From Amia ocellicauda (taxonomy: Eukaryota), in the NCBI RefSeq assembly GCF_036373705.1, contig NC_089855.1, positions 18,085,962-18,149,961 on the forward strand: DNA of 64,000 bases, read 5' to 3'. Below are positions 46,080-57,602 of the stretch, piece after piece. The notes under the pieces were generated by a model, which searched no databases, was not told the origin of the DNA, and worked only from the letters and a program-made list of their open reading frames with translations. Made by a program: the position numbers and the translations under genes. Position 1 is the stretch's first letter. Every line of letters begins with the position of its first letter.

Positions 46080-46473
46080 AGTGACACTGGCATTGGCGGA
46101 TCCAAGGGGATCGGTGCGATTCTGCAGATCTGCGCAGAACTGCGGGAATCTGCGCTACAAAGTGTGAGCACGGCGCGGGCATCCGGGGCTGCAGGCGACT
46201 ACAGCTGGAGATCATGTGATTGGTGTAAACTAAACTGCAGCGACTGTACTATTCTCCCTGGGATTGGTCGCCTGAGCGGTCTGTCAATACAACCTTTGAT
46301 CCCATTGGTGAACGTAGCGTCCTACACGCCCCGCCCTCCCAGACGGTCGCCCCGCCCCCCGAGACGAGAGGCAGCGCCTGCTCAGACGGCGAGGCCTGGG
46401 CTGTGGCGCAGACGTGCAGTCACCGCACAAGTTTGGTTTCGTAAGAAAGAAAAAAAAGCAAATATCAACAGAG
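46080..46473 (+). promoter_or_regulatory. mphosph8: mphosph8 CpG-island promoter / 5'UTR region
   Basis: Three inverted CCAAT boxes (ATTGG at 46217-46222, 46262-46267 and 46304-46309). GC boxes CCCCGCCC at 46328-46335 and 46349-46360. High CpG density immediately upstream of the ATG at 46474. Confidence 0.6.
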
Positions 46474-46584
46474 ATGGCGGACAAGGCTGCCGGGGCCGAG
46501 CGGTCGGAGCACGGCGACAGTGAGCAGGATGAGGAGGATGTGTTCGAGGTGGAGCAGATTATTGATGAGAGGCAAGACGAGGAG
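46474..46584 (+). CDS. mphosph8: mphosph8 first coding exon (MADKAAGAERSEHGDSEQDEEDVFEVEQIIDERQDEE)
   Basis: ATG at 46474, donor GAGGAG|gtgagc. Confidence 0.85.
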
Positions 46585-49500
46585 GTGAGCGGCTCGGCGG
46601 GGGCTGGGGCTGGGGCATACGAGCGCTTGTTGCTGCTGGGGACCTGAGGCTCCTGCAGCTGAACCCGGGACGACGGCGAGCGAAAGGCCGAGGCCCACTG
46701 AGCGGCCAGCCTGTTTACATACACAGCAGCTCTCTCTTCCGACTTCGTCACTCCTTTCCCGGGGGACATGAACGCCCCGCTCCGGTGTCTGTTTGTTTAG
46801 CCACTCGTCCCTGTGTTTTCTGCTCCAGTCGAGTTTGCACTGCAGGTTCTGCACAGGGTCATTCAGGGTTCACATGTTATCCCGAGGCTCAGCCTAGATC
46901 TGTGTGTGTGTGTGTGTGTGTGTGTGTATTCTGGTTTAACATGCATCGATAAAACTGACGTTCATTTGATAATGGTATTTGTTAGGACAGTTTGTCGCTT
47001 TATGTCTATATCGCTTAGGTAGAAGATGCTTGCTATCGCTTCATGTGCTCTTATATTTGTATAGGGAATTTGATCAGAAGTTTGTTTACATAACCGGCAC
47101 TGTTTTTGGTAATGTCATATTTTAAAGGTCACAGTTTTCTTCAGCTTAATAGTTTAAAAACTTGCACCACAGAAATACCCAGGGGCAGTAATGACATGTC
47201 AATCTGACATTTGTTTTTTAATGTAGTGGATATCTGCATATTTCAATTGATCAGTTTTGATTATTTTTTGCACATTGAGAGAGTTATTTATTTTGTTGGC
47301 CAAAGTTATTAATTATATTTTTAGTTTACAAAGAAAATGCTTGCAACCTGCACAATTCGTTTACTATGCATAATATGCATTTAATGTTTAATATTCATAA
47401 TTTGGCTATTGACTGAAGCATAGTATACCGCTACTATAGGCTATTGGTTGAACGGTCATCTTTCACTCATAACACCGTATTATTATTATTATTATTATTT
47501 TGAAGAAACACTATACCCATTCAGAAAGAAAATACATGGTGAGCTCTGTAAAAAATTGAGACCACTTAATATTGATTTCTGAACTTGGAGTGGTCTCTTA
47601 ATTTTTTCCAGAGCTGTATATAAACATTTATAGTATTAGACAGGATGGTTTCTTTTACATGTTCTCTTCTACAGTTTTTCATGAGAACACTGAGAGAACA
47701 GTATCTATATTAAACCAATATTGTATACTGGGTGCATGGACAACTGTCCTGTCTGGAATTAAGGCGATGCTTTGAAAACCATGCAAAGGAGTCCCGGTTA
47801 CAGCTGCACATGTCTATGAGGCAGTAATAATGTTCGATTTACAGCTCAACACCCTATCTGCTCCCGATCCGGTTCTCTGGCTGTGTCTGCTAGCCTGCTG
47901 CACCTGTTGCATGGCTGTATGTGCTCCCAGGAGTCTCCTGCTTCTGTGGCAGGTCGTCGAGGGAAGCCCTGTTCTTTGTGTCTGCAATTTAATCAGTCCC
48001 CCTGGAAAACCTTTGCCCAAGTCGCGCCAGGGTGGCTCTTCAGAGTTCAGCACCTCGGCACAACATTATACAGCATTATTTATAGTGGGACGCCCCCTCT
48101 CTCTTTATGCTGAGGCACACTCACAGTTGCACGCGTTTTTTGTTTTGCCTTTATAAAATGGCCGGGCTTATCGAATCATTCTTTAATTGTTGCACTTGGC
48201 AGGAATGTGAAATCTGTGTGTGCCAACAGGGATAGAACTGACTCTTTGGATAGTCTGTTTAATACATTAGGCTAAAGGCTTTGTACTTTTGGTGTCCCGT
48301 AAAGTGTCTTGGTCCACAGTACTTAATTCAGTGATGTTAATGCAAGCACAATTGTATATAGTTTCTGAAAGCCCTGAGATAGACGTTCAGGAGGGATGTG
48401 ATGGAGTGAACCCCTATCCAATAAAACTACACTAATCGTTGCTGGTTTAGTGTGATTCGGTGTGTTAAGAGAACACATTTAAAAAATGTTATTAATGGTA
48501 GTAATTTGTTGTTTAAAAAAAAGTGGAAAAAATATATAAAAAAGGGGCGTGGTTGCTATTAATAAATCACTTATGAACTTACCTGTTGTGGAGGGAAAGG
48601 GGGAGCTGGTCTGAATTTGTTGGGGTTGGGGTGTGGGTGGCCATGTTGGTGAAGGAAGGGTAAGGTGGTTACAGAGGCCAGGAGAGAATTGCAATATATG
48701 CTTGGCCATTAACATATTTATTGTATTAAGGTAGGCACTCTTAATTCTCTGGCCACAAGGGAAGGGTTCAGGTGGTTGTAGGAAAAGGGTGTGTGCAATA
48801 ATGTTTTGCTTTATTTTCTTTGTACTAATGTTGGTTTGTTTTTCTTCATGGTATTGGATATAACAACTGATGTTATTTATTTATATCATGAGGGTGTGTT
48901 ATGTACTGTTATGTACTTTCAGATATTGATATATTTATATTTTATTAATGGTCTGTTCTGGCGGGTGGACTTCTAGACCTTGGGTGATAAAGAGGGAGTG
49001 TGACTGCTAGGGGGTCAGTTGGGAGGTTGGGTTCCTACAAGGAGGTGGTCAGTATAGAGCTCTGCCTTTGAGCACATTGTTCCTGATTAACCAGGGTAGC
49101 TCTGGTTTTCCTGCTCTCAGTAGTTTTTGTTTTCTCTTGGGAAGGAATAGGTTTGTTAAAATCATTCGGTTTGTCTTTTTTGAAGATAGTAAACTGAATT
49201 AAAATAGTTTTTTTGATAACTGTCTATCTGGTCCTACGTGTTCCCAGCATTATAACACCTGACCCTGGGTCCGCAACAAGGGACTTGAAGACCCGACTAC
49301 CTTCACTGTAGTTCTGTTCCCTGATCCTGTAATATTGGGCATGGAGGGTCATTCTCGGGAAGTGTGGGTGGTCAGTTAACTGGCAGTGACCCATTTTGTT
49401 AGTTGAAGTCTTTGGTGTTATTCTCTCTCAGAGGTTTTTGTAACAGGGCTTGTTTTGTTTGTTTGCTGGTTATGGTGACACCACACCCAGATGTTTTTGT

Positions 49501-52500
49501 ATTTATTGCGTATCTGCCAAGTCTGGGCCTTTCGGCATTGGGGCTTTGATGCTTTCAAGGGCTGTGCAGCTTTAAGGTGTGCCTGTGATGGCAGTTTGAT
49601 TTCAAGCTCTAAATGTATGCTACGCTACTGAGTCTGCAATAAAATTCGGTTATCCTTAGCTTGTGGCTGAGCTTCCCCATTTATCTGTAATTAGCACAAT
49701 TAGATTCAGTGAATTGGTAGTGCTGTTGTGGTAAATCACGCCTCTCACTCCCTCCGTGCGGCAGATGGCTGCAGAGTCTTTGACAGAACCTCTGTTTTTC
49801 AACATGTTACAGTAGGGGGGAAGGGCTGTTGTTCACTACAGGGGCCACCGGAGTAGCCAGTCCTAGTGCAGGGCTCCTGATCTCTGCTCATTTACTGGAA
49901 AGCCCAGATGCTTGTCCTGGCTGCGACAAGGATGGGTCTGTGGCTGTGCTGCAGCCAGGGAGTCGGGCACAGTGCCATTCCCGGGCATTCACAGTTCAGC
50001 TGTCTGTGAGTGTGCTGGGCCTCAGGACTTTCTGGCGCTTGTGTAGTCATATCTGCGGAGTAGTGGAAACCCACGTAAACAACGGGGGGGGGGGGGTTGT
50101 GGGGCCTGGGAGGGGTTTCTAGTGAAGCAGTCACTGATACTACAGCTCAAGCCTGTTTGATGTGTTTGTGTTTATTTCTGGAACTTGTGTTTAAAATTAG
50201 AACATGTCTGCTTTCTTTACACTTTTTAAGAATACATATTTTAGAGTAATATTATCTCAAAGCAATCTTTCCCAGTCATTCTGTTATTCAGGTCAGAGTA
50301 CTGGGGTGCGTGGTAAGCAGGTTGGGGGGGTTGTTGTGCCAGGGGTATATGGGTGCCAGTGAGGGCGTTGCTTTCCACAGGGTGGGGTAGATGTGGAGGG
50401 GACTGCAGTGGCACGTTTCTTAGCAACAGACTTGCTAGTTCCTTGCATGCACTCGAGTGTTATATTTCACTGTGATCAATCTGACTGAGCTATTCAGATT
50501 TCTGTGTTTCATGAAAATGTCATTAGTTTTGAGAATGTCATTGACATTCATAAATCAATGGATGCTGATGTTTTTTTTTTATTGTGGTATTTTAAATTGA
50601 ATATTTTTAAGATGTACACAACCATTTGTGGTAGTATTGTACTTTACATATCTGTAACATTAAAAAAAAAAAAAAATGGCAATGAGAAGCAGGGTGCAAG
50701 GAGGGATTACCCTACAAATACTAGAAATCCGCTAATGGCTGAGTAAGATTAATACACAAAGAAGAACCTTGAGAGGCAATAACTGTGCCCAGGACACAGG
50801 CACATAGAATAGAAGAGCAAGCACTGTCCAACCTGCACCCTAGTCCAGCTGTTGGAGACTGATGAAGGGAACAGAGAGATGACACATTGCAAGCCTTTTG
50901 TTTTCAATTATATAGATATGAAATTATATATATATTTTTTTATTGTCCAACATGAATCTAATTGCATCCTTCAAGAAAATAAGTGACAAAGATAGTTATA
51001 AAAATTCAAGTATGCAAATCATATAGTTAATATATGGGATCTTTGTTCTCTCTAAACAGAAAGATTTGTTATTTCTACAAATAGGCTAAATATGTATATA
51101 TGAATGCCAAAAATGCCATATAACAATCTTGGTACCTGTGAAGTACAGTAAACAAAACCAGCTGGCAATGTAAAGCAGTCCAAAGAATAAATATAATGGA
51201 AAAGTATTATTTTGCTCTCTCCAACAATGTATTATTCACTACAAGAGTGAAAATGTATCTCCACACAATGGTCTTCCCTTTTTCAACCATATGCAAAATA
51301 ATTTATTTTTAACTGCCTAATGTTTATTTGCATTTTATGTTTATTTTTCTACCTTTACGTTTACATTGTCAGCAGTGTTTGTTTTTGTGCTTTACATAGG
51401 GGTATAAAACCGATACCCCTGGATAAATAAGGACAGCATTGAAATGGATTTGAACCCCAACAGATAGTCTATTAGAAATTCGGGTAAGGGGTGCTGCTTT
51501 AGCCTGCTAATCAGCCTGCAGTCCTGACTTGTCTGTGTTTGTTTGTGACAGGGGAGGATCTCCTACAGGGTGCGGTGGAAGGGCTACACCTCCGAGGACG
51601 ACACATGGGAGCCAGAAGCTCACCTGGCAGACTGTAAGGAGGTGCTGCATGCATTCAGGAGGAAACAGAGCGAGAGCAAAGCAAAGAAGGAGAGTGTGGT
51701 AAGGAGGAGTTCTTTAGTAACAGCCCCTTATACAGGGTCATGAAGGAGATCCGAGACTGGTGAGCTCATGTGCCCCACCATGCTAGCAGGTGAGATGTGC
51801 AGTACAGTTGCTGGTGCCAGTCCCAGTTGTGTCAATCTGTGCTTCGGGCTATTGAGTGTTGGTGAACATGAGAGGAGAAGATGGGCTACACAGGCTCTGA
51901 GAACTGACTGCTTGAAATGGAAGCCCACTAGGTCGAAAGGCCAGATCACACGAGGCAAAGTGGTCAGCAGCTGTGTTTGAGGATCTGCAGTGTTGTGTTG
52001 ATCTGATTGGCATGCTGTTTGTTCTCTCTGTCAATGTTGGTGTAAACCTGCACATTGAATACTCTTTGCCCTCTCTAAGGATTAGTATCCTAGAATGGAG
52101 CAGATTGGTTGACTTTCAAGTGAGAGGGAGTGCAAGACGTGGTGTAGTGTAGAGGCAGTCGAGCATTATATAGTGAAGCAGCATCACAGATGAGAAGAGT
52201 ATGTGTAAGCAGAGACTATGCAGGACACTAGCTGATCTGTGAGATTTGCAGAGGTGGCAGGTCAGCCATGGCACCAAGGTTTGAGAGTTTCCCTCCACTT
52301 ACGGTAAGGTGCACCTCTAGTGTGCGGACTCAAATTGGAGCCATCAGCTAGCAAGAAGCGTGTTTTAAAAACTTATTTCAATCATTGTTATTCTAATGCT
52401 CTTAAATCTTGGAAAATGCAGGTGGAAGGTGCACAGGCAATAGGCTGTAGTGCAGTGCAGGCGGGTCAGCAGGATTTGGCACCTGAGGTCAGTAATGGAG

Positions 52501-55500
52501 CTGATGAGAAGCAGGGGGCAGTGGCAGCCAATGCCGCTCAGAAGGACACACCACAGAAGGTAAGAGATGCGATCTGAGTCTAGGGAGATGCCCATGCTTC
52601 TGTTAGACAGATAGGAGTTGCACTGTGGTTATGGTCTTTTGTTGACAAGAGGAAGTTGTAGAGAGATTGTGATGATATGCTTCTAACAATGTTGGGAATA
52701 TTATTTTCTGGTAGTTCCCCCCCACTTTCTTCTAAAAATGCCTTCCTATCGTGGTGAGAAACTATGTGTTGTTCTAAGGGTAGTCAATGCATATGTTGCA
52801 ATGAGTTGGAATCTGCTCCATTCTAATTTAGTTTTCTATAGGTAATTTCTGTAGGGAATTTTCTCATAGAAGACAAGCTGACATTGAAAGGACTGTCTAG
52901 AATGGGACAGATTGTGGCATAGCTGTGTTCTGCAATACACTGTCTTGATTGTCCTCAAGCTGTGTGTCTGTAATCAAATTGTACATTTTGATGCATACAC
53001 TGAAAATGATGGATCTTAACAGATGTTCCTAAAAATATTTTCTGTTTATTAGAAAGGTAACTCATGCATAACTTCCTTTGACTAAAAGTTAAAAAAGAAA
53101 GAAGCAGAGCTCTTCTACTGAGAAGATGATTGGTAGCAGTGATAACCTTTGTCACTGATTAGCTTTTTGTTTAAAAATGTATTTTAATACATAAATAACA
53201 TTATTTAATGCATCAATAACACTGCTTTTTCATTTTATTTTAAATAGAAGTTGCCAATGAAGAGTGACCTGTTTGATGCCGATTCAGAGAGTGATGGTGA
53301 AAAGAAAGAATCGTCTCCCAAGAAGAAGAAAAAGAAGAAGTCTAAGGAGACGGAACAACCAGACAGTCGGAAGAAAGACAAGAGGGAGAAGAAGAACAAA
53401 GCTGAGAAGGTGACAGAGTCTGAAAGGACTGAAACCGAGGAGGCTGACAGTGAGCCCATAGCCTCTGTGCCTTTCAATGAGAAACCGTGGAAGACCAAGA
53501 AGAGAGCGGTAGGACCTGAGGAAGAGTCGAAGGCCATCAAGAGGCAAAAAAAGGAGGAGTCCAAAGCTAGTGGAAAACACAGAAAGGATTTCATTGAGGG
53601 CAAGAAAAAGCAGAAGGCCCCAAAGGAACACAGAAGTGAGGTGGAGAAGCAGATGGATTCCACAGAGGATTCCCTGCAGGAGGAGTTGATTGAAGCTCAG
53701 TCTGACCTTGCCAACATGGCAGTGGAGGACGCAGTCAGTGAGAGCCCGGGTCTTTTAACCAGCTCCCCCGAGAAGACACCTGTACACAAGCCAATGGACT
53801 CAACGTCCTGGTCGGAACAGCAGAGCTCCCCTGATGTGAAGGCCAAGCAGAAAAAAAATAAGGGGCAGCAGCTGGGTGAGAATAAGCTGAAGCTTCAGGG
53901 TATCAAGGACTTCATTCAGGAGAGGAAGAGTGTGAAGCCCGAGACCCTGCTGCAGAAGAAGGAGAGCCCTCAGGCGAAGCTCAAGAACTTACTGATGGCC
54001 AACAAACCAACTGACATGATGGCCAAAGCACACAAAGCCTCCAAGACCGCAACGGACGATGAGCCAGGCTTCCTCTCCTCCGACTCCAACGAGGGCAGTT
54101 GCTCTGTCAAGAGGAAAAGCAAAAGCAAAGCTCGTGAGCCTTCCCCCAGAACCCTCCCCAGGGGCAAGCAGGAGGATGCCAAGCTGGAACCGAATCCAGG
54201 TTTGGGAGGCAGTGCGAAAGGCAAGGACTCCTCCACAAAGAACGATGAGGCGGAGAAGGAACAGCCCATGTCCTCCAATTTGTTTGAGAAGTTTCTGCTG
54301 ACCTGCGAGGCCAAGGACAGGATGCCGCGGAGACAGAGCAGCCACATGCCTGTCCCAGGTTTGGAAGAGAAAGCGGACCAAATGAAGATTACTCCCCCGA
54401 AGGTTTTTAGTTTAACTTGACTTTCTATTTTTGATTTATGTATTTGACACTTTACACACTGAACATCCATCAAAGATATAAGCCCTGTGAATAATATTGA
54501 AATGGAGGGTTATAAAACCTGCCGCAGTTCCTATTGACTGCCTTTACAGTAGATGCATCAGATTCACTTTTCAGTCAGGATTGAGTCTTGCTTATAAAAT
54601 CCCTCTGCCTTTTTATTTCGATTTTTAGATTTGGGCAACATTTTAGATGGTGAAGATGCAGCAGTTTCAGTGTCATGGTTGAATTGCTCAGGCTAGAATT
54701 GACCCTGCAATGGTTTTGCAACTGGAGAAACCTGGCATGAAAAGAACAATAAACATTACACCAGAAAAGTGTGTGTAAATGATCTGTTCTAGGGTATACA
54801 TATTTACAAATTGCATCTAAGTACAGCAAGAAACCTCATTCACCTTAACTCTCATGATTATTAAATTAATATAGGACCATCAAAGTAATAGTCTGCTTTT
54901 TCTATTATAATCTCTTAAAGGGTAACTAATTATTTAGACCGTGTCTAACTGGTTGTATTGTTTGTTACCGATACCGTAGAAAGGTATTTAGTGGATGCCT
55001 AGAGCACAGGGCGAGCCTCACAGTCTGTGTTTGCATGTAGCCCACAGCCAAGGCTGAGAAGAAAACAAAACCTGCGAGAGAGACTCCCGTTCAGAGGCCA
55101 GAGCCAGACAAGGTGGAGAAGGCCCGAAAAGATCCAAGGATTCCCGAGGGTGAGTGGCAGTCTGTCAAGCATAAAAGTGCCGAGTGCAGAAAATGTAGGC
55201 AATTATTAGTGTGCTCTAGACCTGGGCTTCTCACTCATTCTCTTCAAAAGCTTTGCCTAGGTATGTTTTGGTTTTGCTTGGATCTCCCCCATGGGTAGAT
55301 TTACATTGACCATCTGGAATTAGAGATCAACTCTGTCTTTATCATCATCCTAACGCCGGCTGCATTGAAGAGAGATGGAGCATGATGGGTAGGATGGTAA
55401 ACTTTGTTGTGAAACTTTTGCAGGGAAGTGATGTGAATGTGAGGTGAATCCCTACAGGTCACCATGTGTAACCCCCTTTTTAACGGTGGCTGTGTGGCGA

Positions 55501-57571
55501 TTTGTTCCCAGCTGCAGTTGCCACCGCCCCTGTTGCTGTGCGAGACAGCTTTGAGGTGGTACAGAGTCCGTCTTCAGAGACAGAGGAGAGGCCGGAGGCA
55601 GAGAAGAAAGACAAGAAGGATGATGCCCACGAGAAGGAGAGGCTGGAGGAGGTGCGGGAGCGACGGGACGATTTCAGGGAAAGGAGAGAGAAGTGGGAGG
55701 AGCTGAGAGAGCGGTTGGAGAGGAAGACGGAGGTGATGTCTCCAGAGCCAGGGGATGAGGGGACGGGAAGGTGGAGCTCTGGCGCTGTCAAGGACAGGAG
55801 GAGGAGGCGGGAGGACAGTGAGCCGCGCCTGTACATCGCCTGTGACGACAACCACGAAGCGCGGGACCCTCTGAGTCTCGCTGACAAGACCTCTGGTAAT
55901 GCAGACCTCACTGTCAAACACTTCTCTTTGATCCGGTTAATCCCAGCCCTGTAGTTAAAGTGATCTGAGGAGTACATATTTGAGTGGGATTGTCACCATG
56001 TTTGCCAATTTGCTTCCTGTGTGACATGATACTCTGAGGAAGAACGCAGTTGCGGTGGATGATGATGCTTGGAAAAATGCTGACTGCATTTAAAGCTATT
56101 TAATTACAAAAGGTTTATCAAAAAGTAACCAAGTTTATTTTTTCTTGCAGAAAGGGCAAAGCCGGTCCTCAATCTAGGTGTGGACCTTAAACTAGACTGG
56201 ATGACCCTGGAAGACTTCCAAAAGCACCTGAATGGAGAAGATGACATTCTCACTGCTACGACTATATCATCCAGTGAGCACAGCCCCTCTCTGCAATCCA
56301 CAAGCCACACACCCCTCTGAGCATCACAGCACACGATCATATAGAATAGCTGGACTCTGCCATTCAGTTTCACCAAACTCTGTATGATATGATCTGCATT
56401 GTGCAGCCTGTGTTTGGGGAAAAGCCTCACGATTGACTGACTGTAATTAAAATATCTGCTGGACTATGAGCTTCTGCTCCAGCTGAACTCTGAAGCTTGG
56501 ATTGATTACTGGGCAGAGGGTGTGTTGTGAAAATTAAGATATACAGTTGAGCATATGAAAAATATAAACCAGCAAAGAAAAAACACACAATCAATCAAAA
56601 ACAACCCCGACCCATTCCCTGGCTCCCCTCCCTACACATGTGTTCATGGACATAGATTTGAACTAGAGGAGGAACATTTAACTTTCTTTTTTTGGTTGGT
56701 CTTTAAGGTGAACTTCGAGAGTCGGTGAAAAGTGGAGACTACTTGACTGTAAAGCTCGCCCTGAACTCGAAGGAGGACTATAATTTGGATCAGGAGGTCC
56801 TTTTTTGTTTTCATTAATTAAATTAAATGACTAACACAAACTGCATCATGTTAGGATTTTAATTAGGTTTCATAAAAATAATGGTCTGGATTAATAACAT
56901 CTTGACATTATTTTTTTAGCTGAAATGTAAATATGAATAAGTACATAGAATATACCTTGAGTAATGCATAGGTATTTTTTTTAATCATAGTGTTAAGTGT
57001 CAGCAGAGAGATGTGTGTGTGTCAGTAGAGAGGCTCTGGCCTGATTTGTGCCACTCTCTGCAGGACTCCAGTGGGATGTCCCTGGCGATGCTGGCCGCCG
57101 CGGGGGGGCAGGATGACATCCTGAGGCTGCTCATAAAGAAGGGAGTGAAGGTGAATGCCCGGCAGAAGGCTGGTAACACCGCACTCATGCACGCCGCAGA
57201 TAAGGTAATCTAGTCCCGTCTCAGCCTGTCCCGGTGTACGCAGGTGTGTCTGTGGAGCCCTCCTCCCACCCCGCCAGCGTGGGTCTCCTTGCTTGTTCCC
57301 TTTGAGGCCATGTACGTCTTGAAGACACGCTCCGGCCACAACTACCATCAGATAGTTGCTGGGAGCTGTATACAATGACTGATTTAAAAACCTGACACAA
57401 TCATCACTATGCATTAGTAGCTTTTGTTTGAAGTCAACAAATCAATGTTCTCTGTAACGGCTGTTCCAGAAAGTGCTACATATACAGATTGAAAGGTAAC
57501 TTGCTGTATCTTACAAAGTAATTTTGACTGTTTAGTTTGAACACATGCCTTGCAGAAAGAATGATTGAAGT

Positions 57572-57602
<31 letters not shown>

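Noticed and set aside
49829-50134. ORFs in the G-rich intronic block of mphosph8
   Set aside because: They have no start or splice context, low-complexity translations, and overlapping opposite-strand ORFs. They are most likely a compositional artefact.
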